Shown: positions 1 through 9,640 of the stretch, piece after piece
Layout of the letters: the number at the start of each line of letters is the position of its first letter
Position numbering within the stretch: the first letter of the stretch is position 1
Assembly (NCBI RefSeq): GCF_964213995.1
Contig: NC_135828.1
Location: 20,708,001-20,764,491, forward strand
DNA: 56,491 nt
Source of the DNA: Mustelus asterias
Lineage: Eukaryota
Direction: 5' to 3'
Translations under genes and position numbers: made by a program
Notes under the pieces: model-generated
Databases searched by the model: none
Told to the model about the DNA's origin: nothing
The model's input: only the letters and a program-made list of their open reading frames with translations

Positions 1-925
1 TCATTCCTAACAGGTTATTAAAGAACCACCACCTCCACCAATGTATGAGGAGGTAAGTGATATGATCTTCGCTTAGCTATGTCCTTTGATAATTGATTTA
101 ATAATGATGATTCCATACTGAGAAATTTGTTGAGAATATGAACAGCTTGCACCTAAATTTACTTACGTGCAACTTCTGTCCTGAATATTCAACTCCATGC
201 GAGGATGTTTTTTGATACAAACAGTGTACGTATTGCCCACACTCATAATAACTATTATCGACTACAATTTGGTTTGTAAAGTATAATTAAATCCCTTAAC
301 CCCAGCGAAATAATATGCCTTAGTTTCAGGAAAACTGGGATAGCAAAAGTTCAAGTCAGGCAGAAGAATCGCCTCCTTGTGCTAACTGGGTTATGAAAAG
401 TCAAGGGTCGAAGATTCTAACACAGTGCTTTGCAAAAGATCGCTGTCACACTGTGCCACTGAAGTGCATGTCTGTGTGGCCTTCAAAGTCTTGGGAGTGA
501 AGAGTACAAAACATCAACAGTCACAGGGAGGTCTGTGTTTCAGTCACCATTACAGAGAGATATGGTGGACAGAAGCATAATATAGCATTGTCCTTACATA
601 ATGACCTATTTTGGCAAGAACGATCAGAATTTGTTGTCCTGTATTTGTGTGTGAATAGGACATGAATTAATGCAGATTCCAAATGTCAAGTGTTAGCTTT
701 CCCTGGCTTTTACCCGATACGGAGTTCCAAAGAGAACACAAGAATCCTTTATTTGATTTCAGCATGAACATCCACTTAGTTTTTAATAAAGGCAATGGCA
801 ACTTGGATCGAAAATTGAAAGACACTCGCTGTTTGAGATTCACTCCACTGATTCCGAGTTTGGCAAAAAAGTCCAGTGAGGTTTTCCACTACCCCGGCAA
901 CTTTCCTTTGTTCTTCCCCCTGCAG

Positions 926-1021
926 GAATCTGACGATGAAGCCATGGCAAAGAAAAAGTGGCCAACAGTTGATGCGTCGTACTATGGGGGAAGAGGAGTG
1001 GGTGGCATTAAACGGATGGAG
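926..1021 (+). CDS. ANTXR1: Anthrax toxin receptor 1-like, internal coding exon ([32 protein letters not shown])
   Basis: Polypyrimidine tract + cag acceptor ending at 925; 96 nt, phase 0/0; gt donor at 1022. [24 protein letters not shown] is the conserved ANTXR cytoplasmic motif. Paralog identity (ANTXR1 vs ANTXRL-type) is uncertain. Confidence 0.95.
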
Positions 1022-1254
1022 GTTTTTAATGTTGCTTATTCTTGTTGAAACGTTCACGCACTGCTATTTTTGGAAAGGTTGCAAACAGTTCAGGAAAACT
1101 TGTGATCTAAGATTTGAAATTTGAAGCCACAGTGACATCTGTGCCACAATTACATTCCTGGCTGACTTTTCCTATTGTACAGAAAAGGTTTTCCTCTTGA
1201 TTTCTGCTTTAGAGAACTGCAAGAATTGAGTTGTACTGATGGCTCCAACTCTTT

Positions 1255-1800
1255 TGAAGTCAACCAGTTAAGCTAAATTAAACAAACTATGGAACAAAAT
1301 GAAAGGGGCAGCCCCTTAAAGGAATACTGTCTTAAACAAAAAGTGATTCTCAAATAAAACTTAAATCATTAAACTAAAATGTGATTAAAGGGGTCAATAA
1401 GACCTCCACCCCAGTCCCGGAGGTGCCCAACGGGCATGGAAAGCCTCGATGGTGTCTCCAGGGACACCCATCTGCGAATGTGACCGCACTGTAGAGGCAG
1501 ACAGTCGGATCAGACAACCCCCTCGACCGCCCGCTGCCTGGATCTGTTTATGGCAAGTTTGGTCAGGCCCAGACGCAAGTTCACGAAGAGGTCCTCCTCC
1601 TTCCCCACCCCCTCTCCACACCAAGAGATTAGGAGCGTGGGGCTGAAGTGCAAACAAAACTGCAACAAACAATATTTCAAATAACCAAATGTGGCGGGGT
1701 GCAGTCTCAGGCAACTTATATATGCATGGTCCACGGACTCCACAAGGCTGCCAGAATGGCTGCCATCTTGAGAGTTCGTGGAGCAGGCATCTTGGAAGGC
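1255..1800 (-). mobile_element. Tx1-clade (L1-like) non-LTR retrotransposon 3' fragment, decayed
   Basis: Minus-strand frames give ESVDHAYISCLRL (C-terminal Zn-knuckle remnant), LGLTKLAINRSRQRAVEGVV and EAFHARWAP, typical of Tx1 ORF2 C-termini; frameshifted. Confidence 0.7.
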
Positions 1801-2673
1801 CATGAGTACAGCTCTGCAAGCAGTAGCTGCCTTCAAAGCATTTGCTGAACAGACTGAAATGACAAACCAGCTTAAATTGTCCGCAACACTTTGTACTTAA
1901 GCCACTCAAGCTCTGATTAATAATGTCAGGATAACAATGAACCAACTATCAGTTGGCCTTTGCTCACATTATGAAAGGTAAAGGTGGTTTGCGGATTCTA
2001 ATAACTGGTAAATTTTAAAGTTAAATGAAATGGCTTCACAATGGCTTAGTTATTCGGGACTAGATATAAAACCCAAACAGGTTGGACTATCTATCCCCTT
2101 ACCAATCTGCATAGTGTCCTTAAATTGGTAAATTGAAGCCACAGTGGTACCACTTTCTAAATGCAGTTCAGAAATTACAGTGTAACAGCCGTTGCACTGA
2201 CCAGTGTTAGTTGCATCTGTAATTGTAAACACTAGGTGATCCACTGGATCCACTTGATCCACTGGAGCAGCTCATTGATCCACTGGAGCAAGCTGAGAGG
2301 GGTGATTGAAAAGCAGCAGTGCTGGTAAGAGATTAATTGGATTAATTGAATTGTTTATTTATTTAATTAGTCAGCTAGTGTGTGTATTTTTTTTGGCCTT
2401 TACTTTAACAGCAGTTTTTCAAGTTTAAAGTGAAAACTAGAAGTGGGCAGCAAAGGAGTCTGGGAAGGGTTTTTATTTTAACTTTAAAAGTCAGTTACCT
2501 GGGAGGTTCCCCCTCAGTAGTAGTTTTTTTTTCTCTCGGGCCCCTAGCCCTATAAATTGGTGCAGAGGAGATACCCGATCCTCTACACTGGTAGAGGATC
2601 CCACCCTTCCATCCTCCTCTAACCTAATTATAAGTGTGGGGAAGTTTTTTGTTTTCTTTTTTTCTTGCTGGTA

Positions 2674-3603
2674 ATGGCTTCAGGGATGGCAGTTCAGGCA
2701 GTATGCTGCATCTCCTGTGGGATGTATGTGGTGAGGAAATCCAGTAGTGTTTCAGGAGATTTTAGTTGTAAGAAGTGCATTAGATTGCAGCTTCTGGAGG
2801 AGCGTGTAAAGGAGCTGGAGGGGGAGGTAGAGGAACTCCGCATAATTCGGGAGGCGGAGGTGGAAGTTGATAGGAGTTATAGAGAAATAGTAACTCCTAG
2901 AAATGAGGCTTGGGTCAATGCCAGGAGGAGGGGTAAGAAGCAATCGGGAAGACAATCCCCTGGGGCGGTTCCCCTCCATAATAGGTTTTCGGTGCTGGAG
3001 GCTACAGTTGAGGAGGAATCAACTGAGCATAGAGAGCAGATCTCTGGGGGTGAGCCGAGTGAGAAAGCTCAGGTGGTTAGGGGCTGTAAAAGACTGGGCC
3101 TTGTGATTGGGGACTCCACAATTAAGGGGACAGATAGGAGGGTCGGAACTAAAGGTAGGGACTCAGGGTTGGTGTGTTGCCTACCAGGGGCTGGGGTCCG
3201 GGATGTGTCTGACAGGGTATTCAGGACTCTTAGGGGGGAGGGAGATAAACCACAAGTTATTGTACATGTGGGGACACACGACATAGGGAGGATAGGGGAA
3301 GGGGATATTAGGCAGGGATTTATGGAGTTGGGGTGGAAACTAAAGGCCAAGACTGACAGAGTGGTTATCTCTGGACTCTTGCCTGTACCACGGGATAGTT
3401 TAGAGAGGAATAGGGAGAGGGAAGGTTTGAATTCATGGCTGAGGGGATGGTGCAGGAGGGAGGGGTTCAGGTACTTAAGCAATTGGGGCTCGTACTGGGG
3501 AAGGTGTGACCTCTATGAGAAGGATGGTCTACACCTTAATCAGAAGGGGACCAATATCCTGGGGGGTAAATTTGCTAAGGCCATGCAGGGAGGTTTAAAC
3601 TGA
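2674..3603 (+). CDS. CR1 ORF1: Zn-finger/leucine-zipper plus SGNH esterase domain
   Basis: CxxC...CxxC followed by a heptad coiled coil; SGNH blocks IGDS, LPGA, HVGTHD and DGLH. ATG at 2674, with a second ATG at 2686 in strong Kozak context. Confidence 0.92.
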   Translation: MASGMAVQAVCCISCGMYVVRKSSSVSGDFSCKKCIRLQLLEERVKELEGEVEELRIIREAEVEVDRSYREIVTPRNEAWVNARRRGKKQSGRQSPGAVPLHNRFSVLEATVEEESTEHREQISGGEPSEKAQVVRGCKRLGLVIGDSTIKGTDRRVGTKGRDSGLVCCLPGAGVRDVSDRVFRTLRGEGDKPQVIVHVGTHDIGRIGEGDIRQGFMELGWKLKAKTDRVVISGLLPVPRDSLERNREREGLNSWLRGWCRREGFRYLSNWGSYWGRCDLYEKDGLHLNQKGTNILGGKFAKAMQGGLN

Positions 3604-3653
3604 TTCGGGGGGGGGGAGGGATCCTGAGTAGTGGGGCTGAAAGTGAGGGATGC

Positions 3654-6473
3654 ATGGATGGGGACTGCAATGCACGGCATTGCAGAGGTGGGGTGGAACA
3701 GGGTTTGAAATGTGTATACTTCAATGCCAGGAGTATTCGCAATAAAGTGGGTGAACTTGCAGCGTGGATCAGTACCTGGGACTTCGATGTTGTGGCTATT
3801 TCAGAGACATGGATAGAGCAGGGGCAGGAATGGATGCTGCAGGTCCCGGGGTTCAAATGTTTTAGTCGAAGTAGGGAAGGAGGTAGAAGAGGGGGAGGGG
3901 TAGCATTATTGGTCAAAGATTGTATCACAGTGTCAGAGAGGAGGTTTGATGAGGACTTATCTGTTGAGGTAGTATGGGCGGAGATTAGAAATAGGAGAGG
4001 AGAGGTCACCCTGTTGGGAGTCTTTTATAGACCTCCTAAAAGTTCTAGAGAGGTTGAGGAAAGGATTGCGGAGTCAATCCTGCTTAGGAGTGAAAGTAAT
4101 AGGGCAATTGTTATGGGGGATTTTAACTTGACTAATATTGACTGGAATTGTTATAGCTCTAGCTCGTTAGAGGGGTCAGTTTTTGTTCAAAGCGTGCAGG
4201 AAGGTTTTTTGACTCAGTATGTAGACAGGCCAACTAGAGGTGAGGCTATATTGGATCTGGTGCTGGGAAATGAGCCAGACCAGGTGCTAGACTTGGAAGT
4301 TGGTGTGCATTTTGGTGATAGTGACCACAATTCGGTTACGTTCACCTTAGTGATGGAAAGGGATAGGCATGAACCTCGGGCCAGTGGTTTTAGCTGGGGG
4401 AAGGGTAATTATGAGGCTATTAGGAGAGAATTAGGAAACATAGGTTGGACTAGGAGATTACAGGGACTGGGAACGTCCGACATGTGGAGTTTTTTCAAGG
4501 AGCAGCTACTGCGAGTCTGTGATAGGTATGTCCCTGTCAGGCAAGGAGGAATTGGTAGGGCTAGGGAACCGTGGTGCACCAAAAAAGTTTATTTGTTGGT
4601 TAAAAAGAAAAAGGAGGCTTATGTTCGGATGAGACGTGAGCACTCGGGTAGTGCACTAGAAAGCTTTAGATTGGCTAAGAGGGAGTTGAAGAGCGAGCTT
4701 AGAAGGGCTAAAAGGGGACATGAGAAGACTTTGGCGGATAGGGTTAAAGAGAATCCTAAGGCGTTCTATAGGTATGTCAAGAACAGAAGGTTGGTTAGGG
4801 CAAGTTTAGGGCCAGTTATAGATGGCAGAGGGAAGTTATGTGTGGAACCGGAGGAGATTGGTGAAGCATTGAACCAATATTTCTCTTCGGTGTTCACGCA
4901 AGGGGACATGAATATAGCTGAGGAGGACACTGGGTTGCAAGGGAGTAGAATAGACAGTATTACAGTTGATAAGGAGGATGTGCAGGATATTCTGGAGGGT
5001 CTGAAAATAGATAAATCCCCTGGTCCGGATGGGATTTATCCAAGGATTCTCTGGGAGGCAAGAGAAGTGATTGCAGCGCCTCTGGCTCTGATCTTCAGGT
5101 CGTCGTTGGCCTCTGGTATAGTACCAGAAGATTGGAGGTTAGCGAATGTTGTCCCATTGTTTAAGAAGGGGAACAGAGACTTCCCCGGGAATTATAGACC
5201 GGTGAGTCTCACTTCTGTTGTCGGCAAGATGTTGGAAAAAATTATAAGGGATAGGATTTATAGTTATTTGGAGAGTAATGAATTGATAGGTGATAGTCAG
5301 CATGGTTTTGTGGCAGGTAGGTCGTGCCTTACTAACCTTATTGAGTTTTTTGAGAAAGTGACCAAGGAGGTGGATGGGGGCAAGGCAGTGGACGTGGTAT
5401 ATATGGATTTTAGTAAGGCGTTTGATAAGGTTCACCATGGTAGGCTTCTGCAGAAAATGCAGATGTATGGGATTGGGGGTGATCTAGGAAATTGGATCAG
5501 GAATTGGCTAGCGGATAGGAAACAGAGGGTGGTGGTTGATAGTAAATATTCATCATGGAGTGCGGTTACAAGTGGTGTACCTCAGGGATCTGTTTTGGGG
5601 CCACTGCTGTTTGTAATATTTATTAATGATCTGGATGAGGGTATAGTTGGGTGGATTAGCAAATTTGCTGATGACACCAAAGTCGGTGGTGTGGTAGACA
5701 GTGAGGAAGGGTGTCGTAGTCTGCAGGAAGACTTAGACAGGTTGCAAAGTTGGGCCGAGAGGTGGCGGATGGAGTTTAATGCGGAGAAGTGTGAGGTAAT
5801 TCACTTTGGTAGGAATAACAGATGTGTTGAGTATAAGGCTAACGGGAGGACTTTGAATAGTGTGGAGGAGCAGAGGGATCTAGGTGTATGTGTGCATAGA
5901 TCCCTGAAAGTTGGGAATCAAGTAGATAAGGTTGTTAAGAAGGCATATGGTGTCTTGGCGTTTATTGGTAGGGGGATTGAATTTAGGAGTCGTAGCGTTA
6001 TGTTGCAACTGTACACAACTCTGGTGCGGCCGCACTTGGAGTACTGTGTGCAGTTCTGGTCCCCACATTACAGGAAGGATGTGGAGGCTTTGGAGAGGGT
6101 GCAGAGGAGGTTTACCAGGATGTTGCCTGGTATGGAGGGGAGATCCTATGAGGAGAGGCTGAGGGATTTGGGATTGTTTTCGCTGGAAAGGCGGCGGCTA
6201 AGAGGGGATCTTATTGAAACATATAAGATGATTAGAGGTTTAGATAGGGTGGATAGTGATAGCCTTTTTCCTCTGATGGAGAAATCCAGCACGAGGGGGC
6301 ATGGCTTTAAATTGAGGGGGGGTAGTTATAGAACCGATGTCAGGGGTAGGTTCTTTACCCAGAGGGTGGTGAGGGATTGGAATGCCCTGCCAGCATCAGT
6401 AGTAAATGCGCCTAGTTTGGGGGCGTTTAAGAGATCCGTAGATAGGTTCATGGACGAAAAGAAATTGGTTTAG
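3654..6473 (+). CDS. CR1 ORF2: AP endonuclease plus reverse transcriptase (939 aa, intact)
   Basis: APE motifs NARS, SETW, GDFN, SDH; RT motifs YRPVSLTS, DFSKAFD, QGSVLGP, FADD; CR1 C-terminus LERRRLRGD...FFTQRVV. The frame is open upstream to 3579. Confidence 0.97.
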   Translation: MDGDCNARHCRGGVEQGLKCVYFNARSIRNKVGELAAWISTWDFDVVAISETWIEQGQEWMLQVPGFKCFSRSREGGRRGGGVALLVKDCITVSERRFDEDLSVEVVWAEIRNRRGEVTLLGVFYRPPKSSREVEERIAESILLRSESNRAIVMGDFNLTNIDWNCYSSSSLEGSVFVQSVQEGFLTQYVDRPTRGEAILDLVLGNEPDQVLDLEVGVHFGDSDHNSVTFTLVMERDRHEPRASGFSWGKGNYEAIRRELGNIGWTRRLQGLGTSDMWSFFKEQLLRVCDRYVPVRQGGIGRAREPWCTKKVYLLVKKKKEAYVRMRREHSGSALESFRLAKRELKSELRRAKRGHEKTLADRVKENPKAFYRYVKNRRLVRASLGPVIDGRGKLCVEPEEIGEALNQYFSSVFTQGDMNIAEEDTGLQGSRIDSITVDKEDVQDILEGLKIDKSPGPDGIYPRILWEAREVIAAPLALIFRSSLASGIVPEDWRLANVVPLFKKGNRDFPGNYRPVSLTSVVGKMLEKIIRDRIYSYLESNELIGDSQHGFVAGRSCLTNLIEFFEKVTKEVDGGKAVDVVYMDFSKAFDKVHHGRLLQKMQMYGIGGDLGNWIRNWLADRKQRVVVDSKYSSWSAVTSGVPQGSVLGPLLFVIFINDLDEGIVGWISKFADDTKVGGVVDSEEGCRSLQEDLDRLQSWAERWRMEFNAEKCEVIHFGRNNRCVEYKANGRTLNSVEEQRDLGVCVHRSLKVGNQVDKVVKKAYGVLAFIGRGIEFRSRSVMLQLYTTLVRPHLEYCVQFWSPHYRKDVEALERVQRRFTRMLPGMEGRSYEERLRDLGLFSLERRRLRGDLIETYKMIRGLDRVDSDSLFPLMEKSSTRGHGFKLRGGSYRTDVRGRFFTQRVVRDWNALPASVVNAPSLGAFKRSVDRFMDEKKLV

Positions 6474-7400
6474 GTTGGAGGGTCACAGTTTTTTTTTTTT
6501 TTTAACTGGTCGGTGCAACATCGTGGGCCGAAGGGCCTGTTCTGCGCTGTAATGTTCTATGTTCTATGTTCTATGTAGCTTCCTGGAGATCTCTGGGGAT
6601 GAATTTATGTCTGATTACTGTCTGTTTTTTCGGTGGGGAGCAAGATTCAAATCGCCAAAAAAATCACCAACTCCTCACTACCTTTGCAAAAACGATTGCA
6701 GCTTTGGAGCAAAAGCAGATCTAATTAATATATTTAGGTTGGGAGATCTTATGGTGTATTTTGGACCCTAGTCCAAAATTGATCTCCAGGATTTCGAACG
6801 TAGTGTTTCAGAACAGTCAAAATTGATGAAAATTGATTTGCTCCTTTGACTTACATCTCCAGTCTTGTTGCTATTCTGAGTCTAACACAAGTGGCAATGC
6901 AACACTGGAGGGTGACGTCTGGATGTGCATTGTCATGTTGGCAAACAAGACTACAGCGTCCTTCAATCCTTTGACCTTGGCTCCACCCGGGTCTGATATA
7001 AGTGTCTCCAAACATTGCTATCAAAAAAATGATGGGAATGAATCTCCATCTTGTTACTTATGCAGTATATAAAATAGAGCTGTAGGTTTAAGCATTTTTT
7101 CAATGCATTGCAAAATGTCACAGAAGGTTCACCTTTTCTTCCTAAGTACAAGTCCACATATGTTGCTATCTCTTTTTCTGTTTCAGTAATTGAAAACATC
7201 TTTTCTGCACTAATGCACAGATGCTTTTTGTGATGTCGGAACATGTTTGACAAATTCAAAGCACATTTAATAAGTGGGAGCGATTCTACTGCAAATGTTA
7301 ACTTTACAAATTAACAATAGAGCATTGCAGCATTTAAAAAATACTTTATTTTAACTACACTTCACATTTTATAATTATTCCAATAATTAATTTGCAATAT

Positions 7401-7537
7401 CGGCCAAAATTCTCCGGTCTCACACACCCCGCAGTCGCTGCCAGCGGGAACGGAGAATTTGGTGCTCAGCCAAATCTCTGTTCACAACAGCGGGACCGGA
7501 GAATCCCAGCCAGGGGCGAGGTCAGACAATTCTGACC
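7401..7537. mobile_element. MITE-like element (GGCxGRATTCTCC-type TIRs)
   Basis: Imperfect terminal inverted repeats; similar copies at about 11404, 15083, 16571, 23229, 25951, 37989 and 54775. Confidence 0.65.
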
Positions 7538-7539
7538 TT

Positions 7540-8185
7540 TACATATGGATTAGGAGCACAAGTAGACCATTCGGCCCTCGAGCCTGCTCTGCCATTTGAT
7601 AAAATCATGTTGATCTGATTGTGGTCTCTTACTTTCCTGTTTACCCACTTGGCGCTTTGACTCCCTTCTTGATCAAGAATCTATCTAACCCAGCCTTAAA
7701 AATAGTCAATGATTCACCCTCCACATCTCTCTGGGGAAGATAATTGCACAGACCAATGACCGACTGTGAGAAAATGTTTCTCCTCATCCCTTTAAATGGG
7801 AGACACATAACTGTGTGTCCTGGTTCTGATCTCTCCAACAATGGGAAACATCCTCTCAACAATTCCCTTCAGGATCTTGTATATTTTAATAGGATCACCT
7901 CAAATTCTTCTAAACTCCATGGACACAGGCCCGACTTGCCCAACCTTTCCTCATAAGGTAACAACTTCATCCCAGGGATCAGTCATGTGAACCTTCTCTG
8001 AACTGCTTCTAATCAAGTAAAGAGACCAAAATTGTACATGGTACTCCAGGTGTAGTGTCACCAATGCCCTACACAATTGTAGCAATACAATTTTATATTC
8101 CATTCCCCTTGCAATAAGTGCCAACATTCCATTTGCCTTCCTAATCACTTGCTGTACCTGCATTGGAACTTTTAGTGATTCATTT
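7540..8185 (-). mobile_element. CR1 LINE 3' fragment, decayed
   Basis: Minus ORFs QVIRKANGMLALIARGMEYK...LEYHVQFWS and FSQSVIGLCNYLP are homologous to the ORF2 C-terminus. Confidence 0.85.
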
Positions 8186-8206
8186 GGAGTGGCACAGTGG
8201 CTATAA

Positions 8207-8620
8207 CTGCTGCCTCACAGCACCAGGGACCTGGGTTTGATTCCGGCTTTGGGTGACTGCCTTTGTGGAGTTTGCATGTGTCTGCATGGGTTTCCTCTGG
8301 GTGCTCCGATTTCCTCCCACAGTCCAAAGATGTGTAGGTTAAGTGAATTAGCCATGCTAAATTGCCCCTTAGTGTTCCAAGATGTGCAGGTTAGGTAGGT
8401 TGACCATGCTAAATTGGCCCTTAGTGTCCAAAGATGTGCAGGTTAGGTGGATTGACCATGCTAAATTGCCCCTGAGTGTCCAAAGTTGTGCAGGTTAGGA
8501 GGAATTAGCCATGATAAATGTGTGGGGTTACGTGGTTGGGGGGGTAGGGGTGGGCGCTGGTTGAGATGTCAGAGAGTCAGTGCAGACTCAATGGGCCGAA
8601 TGGCCTCCTTCTGCATAGCC
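8207..8620 (+). mobile_element. HE1-type V-SINE with internal ~52-bp tandem repeats
   Basis: tRNA-like head with A/B boxes, V-domain (gtggagtttgca...gggtttcctc), repeated unit and CR1-like tail. Confidence 0.85.
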
Positions 8621-9311
8621 AAGTTTTCAGACCAGGTTTTCTGGCGCTCAGTGCACAGAAAATCTGGGGGTGAGGTTTACGCCATCACTGGCAGGGCAGA
8701 ACCTGATGGAGCCTGTGTTTAAAATAAACACCAGCAAGAACCTCGTTTCCGACTCTTGCAGGATTTTGCACCCACATTGCCTTTTGCACTCACTTGAGTG
8801 CAAAATTCCTTCCCTCCCCCATTGCCCTTTGACCTTTCAGGGCACATGATATCATCAGCACTGAATGCCTAGTTTGATCAAAATCTGGGCTGAAATTCTC
8901 CCGTCTCACCCACCGTGGGAACCATAGAGGGTGAGAGAAGACCATTTGAAGGTCTGTTGAGCTCGGGCAGGAATTTGGGGTGCGCGTGGTTGGAGATTCT
9001 CGCCCCTCATCTTTACTGCAACTTTGTTTTTTTTGTGAAGCTTCTAGTTCTTTAAAAACAAATGAGAGAATGTTTGCCTCCCTCTGCTATTAATTACCCC
9101 ATTAATATTGAATTCTCAGAACTTGTGTTTCAAAGTTGCTTGTGCCTGAGATTTCACGAGTGAGTTCATAGCTAATGAGCAAACCAATCGTTCTCTCTTT
9201 CTGAAAGAAGGGAATTATGGTACCTAAGTATTGCCATCTTTTTTACAATGATTCCAATACTTACATTTCTTACAGTATTTCAACTTCCTGAATTAATTTA
9301 TTTTTGGTCAG

Positions 9312-9476
9312 GTACGCTGGGGTGACAAAGGTTCCACTGAAGAAGGTGCAAAATTAGAAAAACCCAAAAATGCAGTCGTCAAGATGCCAGATCAAGAGTT
9401 TGAACCGCTGGATCCTCGGCCCTACAAACCCCGAAGACCCCCACCAGACCAGAGAAAATGGTACACACCGGTTAAG
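9312..9476 (+). CDS. ANTXR1: ANTXR1-like exon ([32 protein letters not shown]...RKWYTPVK)
   Basis: cag acceptor ending at 9311, gtaatt donor at 9477, 165 nt in phase 0/0; continues the ANTXR C-terminal domain. Confidence 0.95.
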
Positions 9477-9640
9477 GTAATTTATTTCTCGCTCTGCTTA
9501 TCTTGTGTGTTCTGACTGATTATAAAAGGAGCAGGATAAAGCATCAAGTAATTCTGTGTCACATAATCACCCAAATAGTGCAGACATGTGCATTATGCTG
9601 GCCATGTCACAGACTGTTGCGTATTCTTTTTAGAAATTGT

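Larger units (their letters stand above)
2236..6576 (+). mobile_element. Apparently full-length CR1-clade LINE (HER1-like), sense-oriented in an ANTXR intron
   Basis: 5'UTR with GATCCACT repeats, intact ORF1 and ORF2, conserved CR1 3' tail (gggccgaagggcctgttctg) and terminal (ATGTTCT)3. The 5' boundary is approximate and no TSD was found. Confidence 0.95.

Noticed and set aside
683-1048. 121-aa ORF as a stand-alone gene
   Set aside because: Only 926-1021 is the ANTXR exon; the rest is intronic read-through.
1394-1945. 183-aa minus-strand ORF as a novel gene
   Set aside because: Mostly an off-frame reading of a decayed Tx1 fragment.
2000-2240. Target-site duplication for the full-length CR1
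   Set aside because: The 3' flank (tagcttcctgg) was not found upstream, so the 5' boundary stays approximate.
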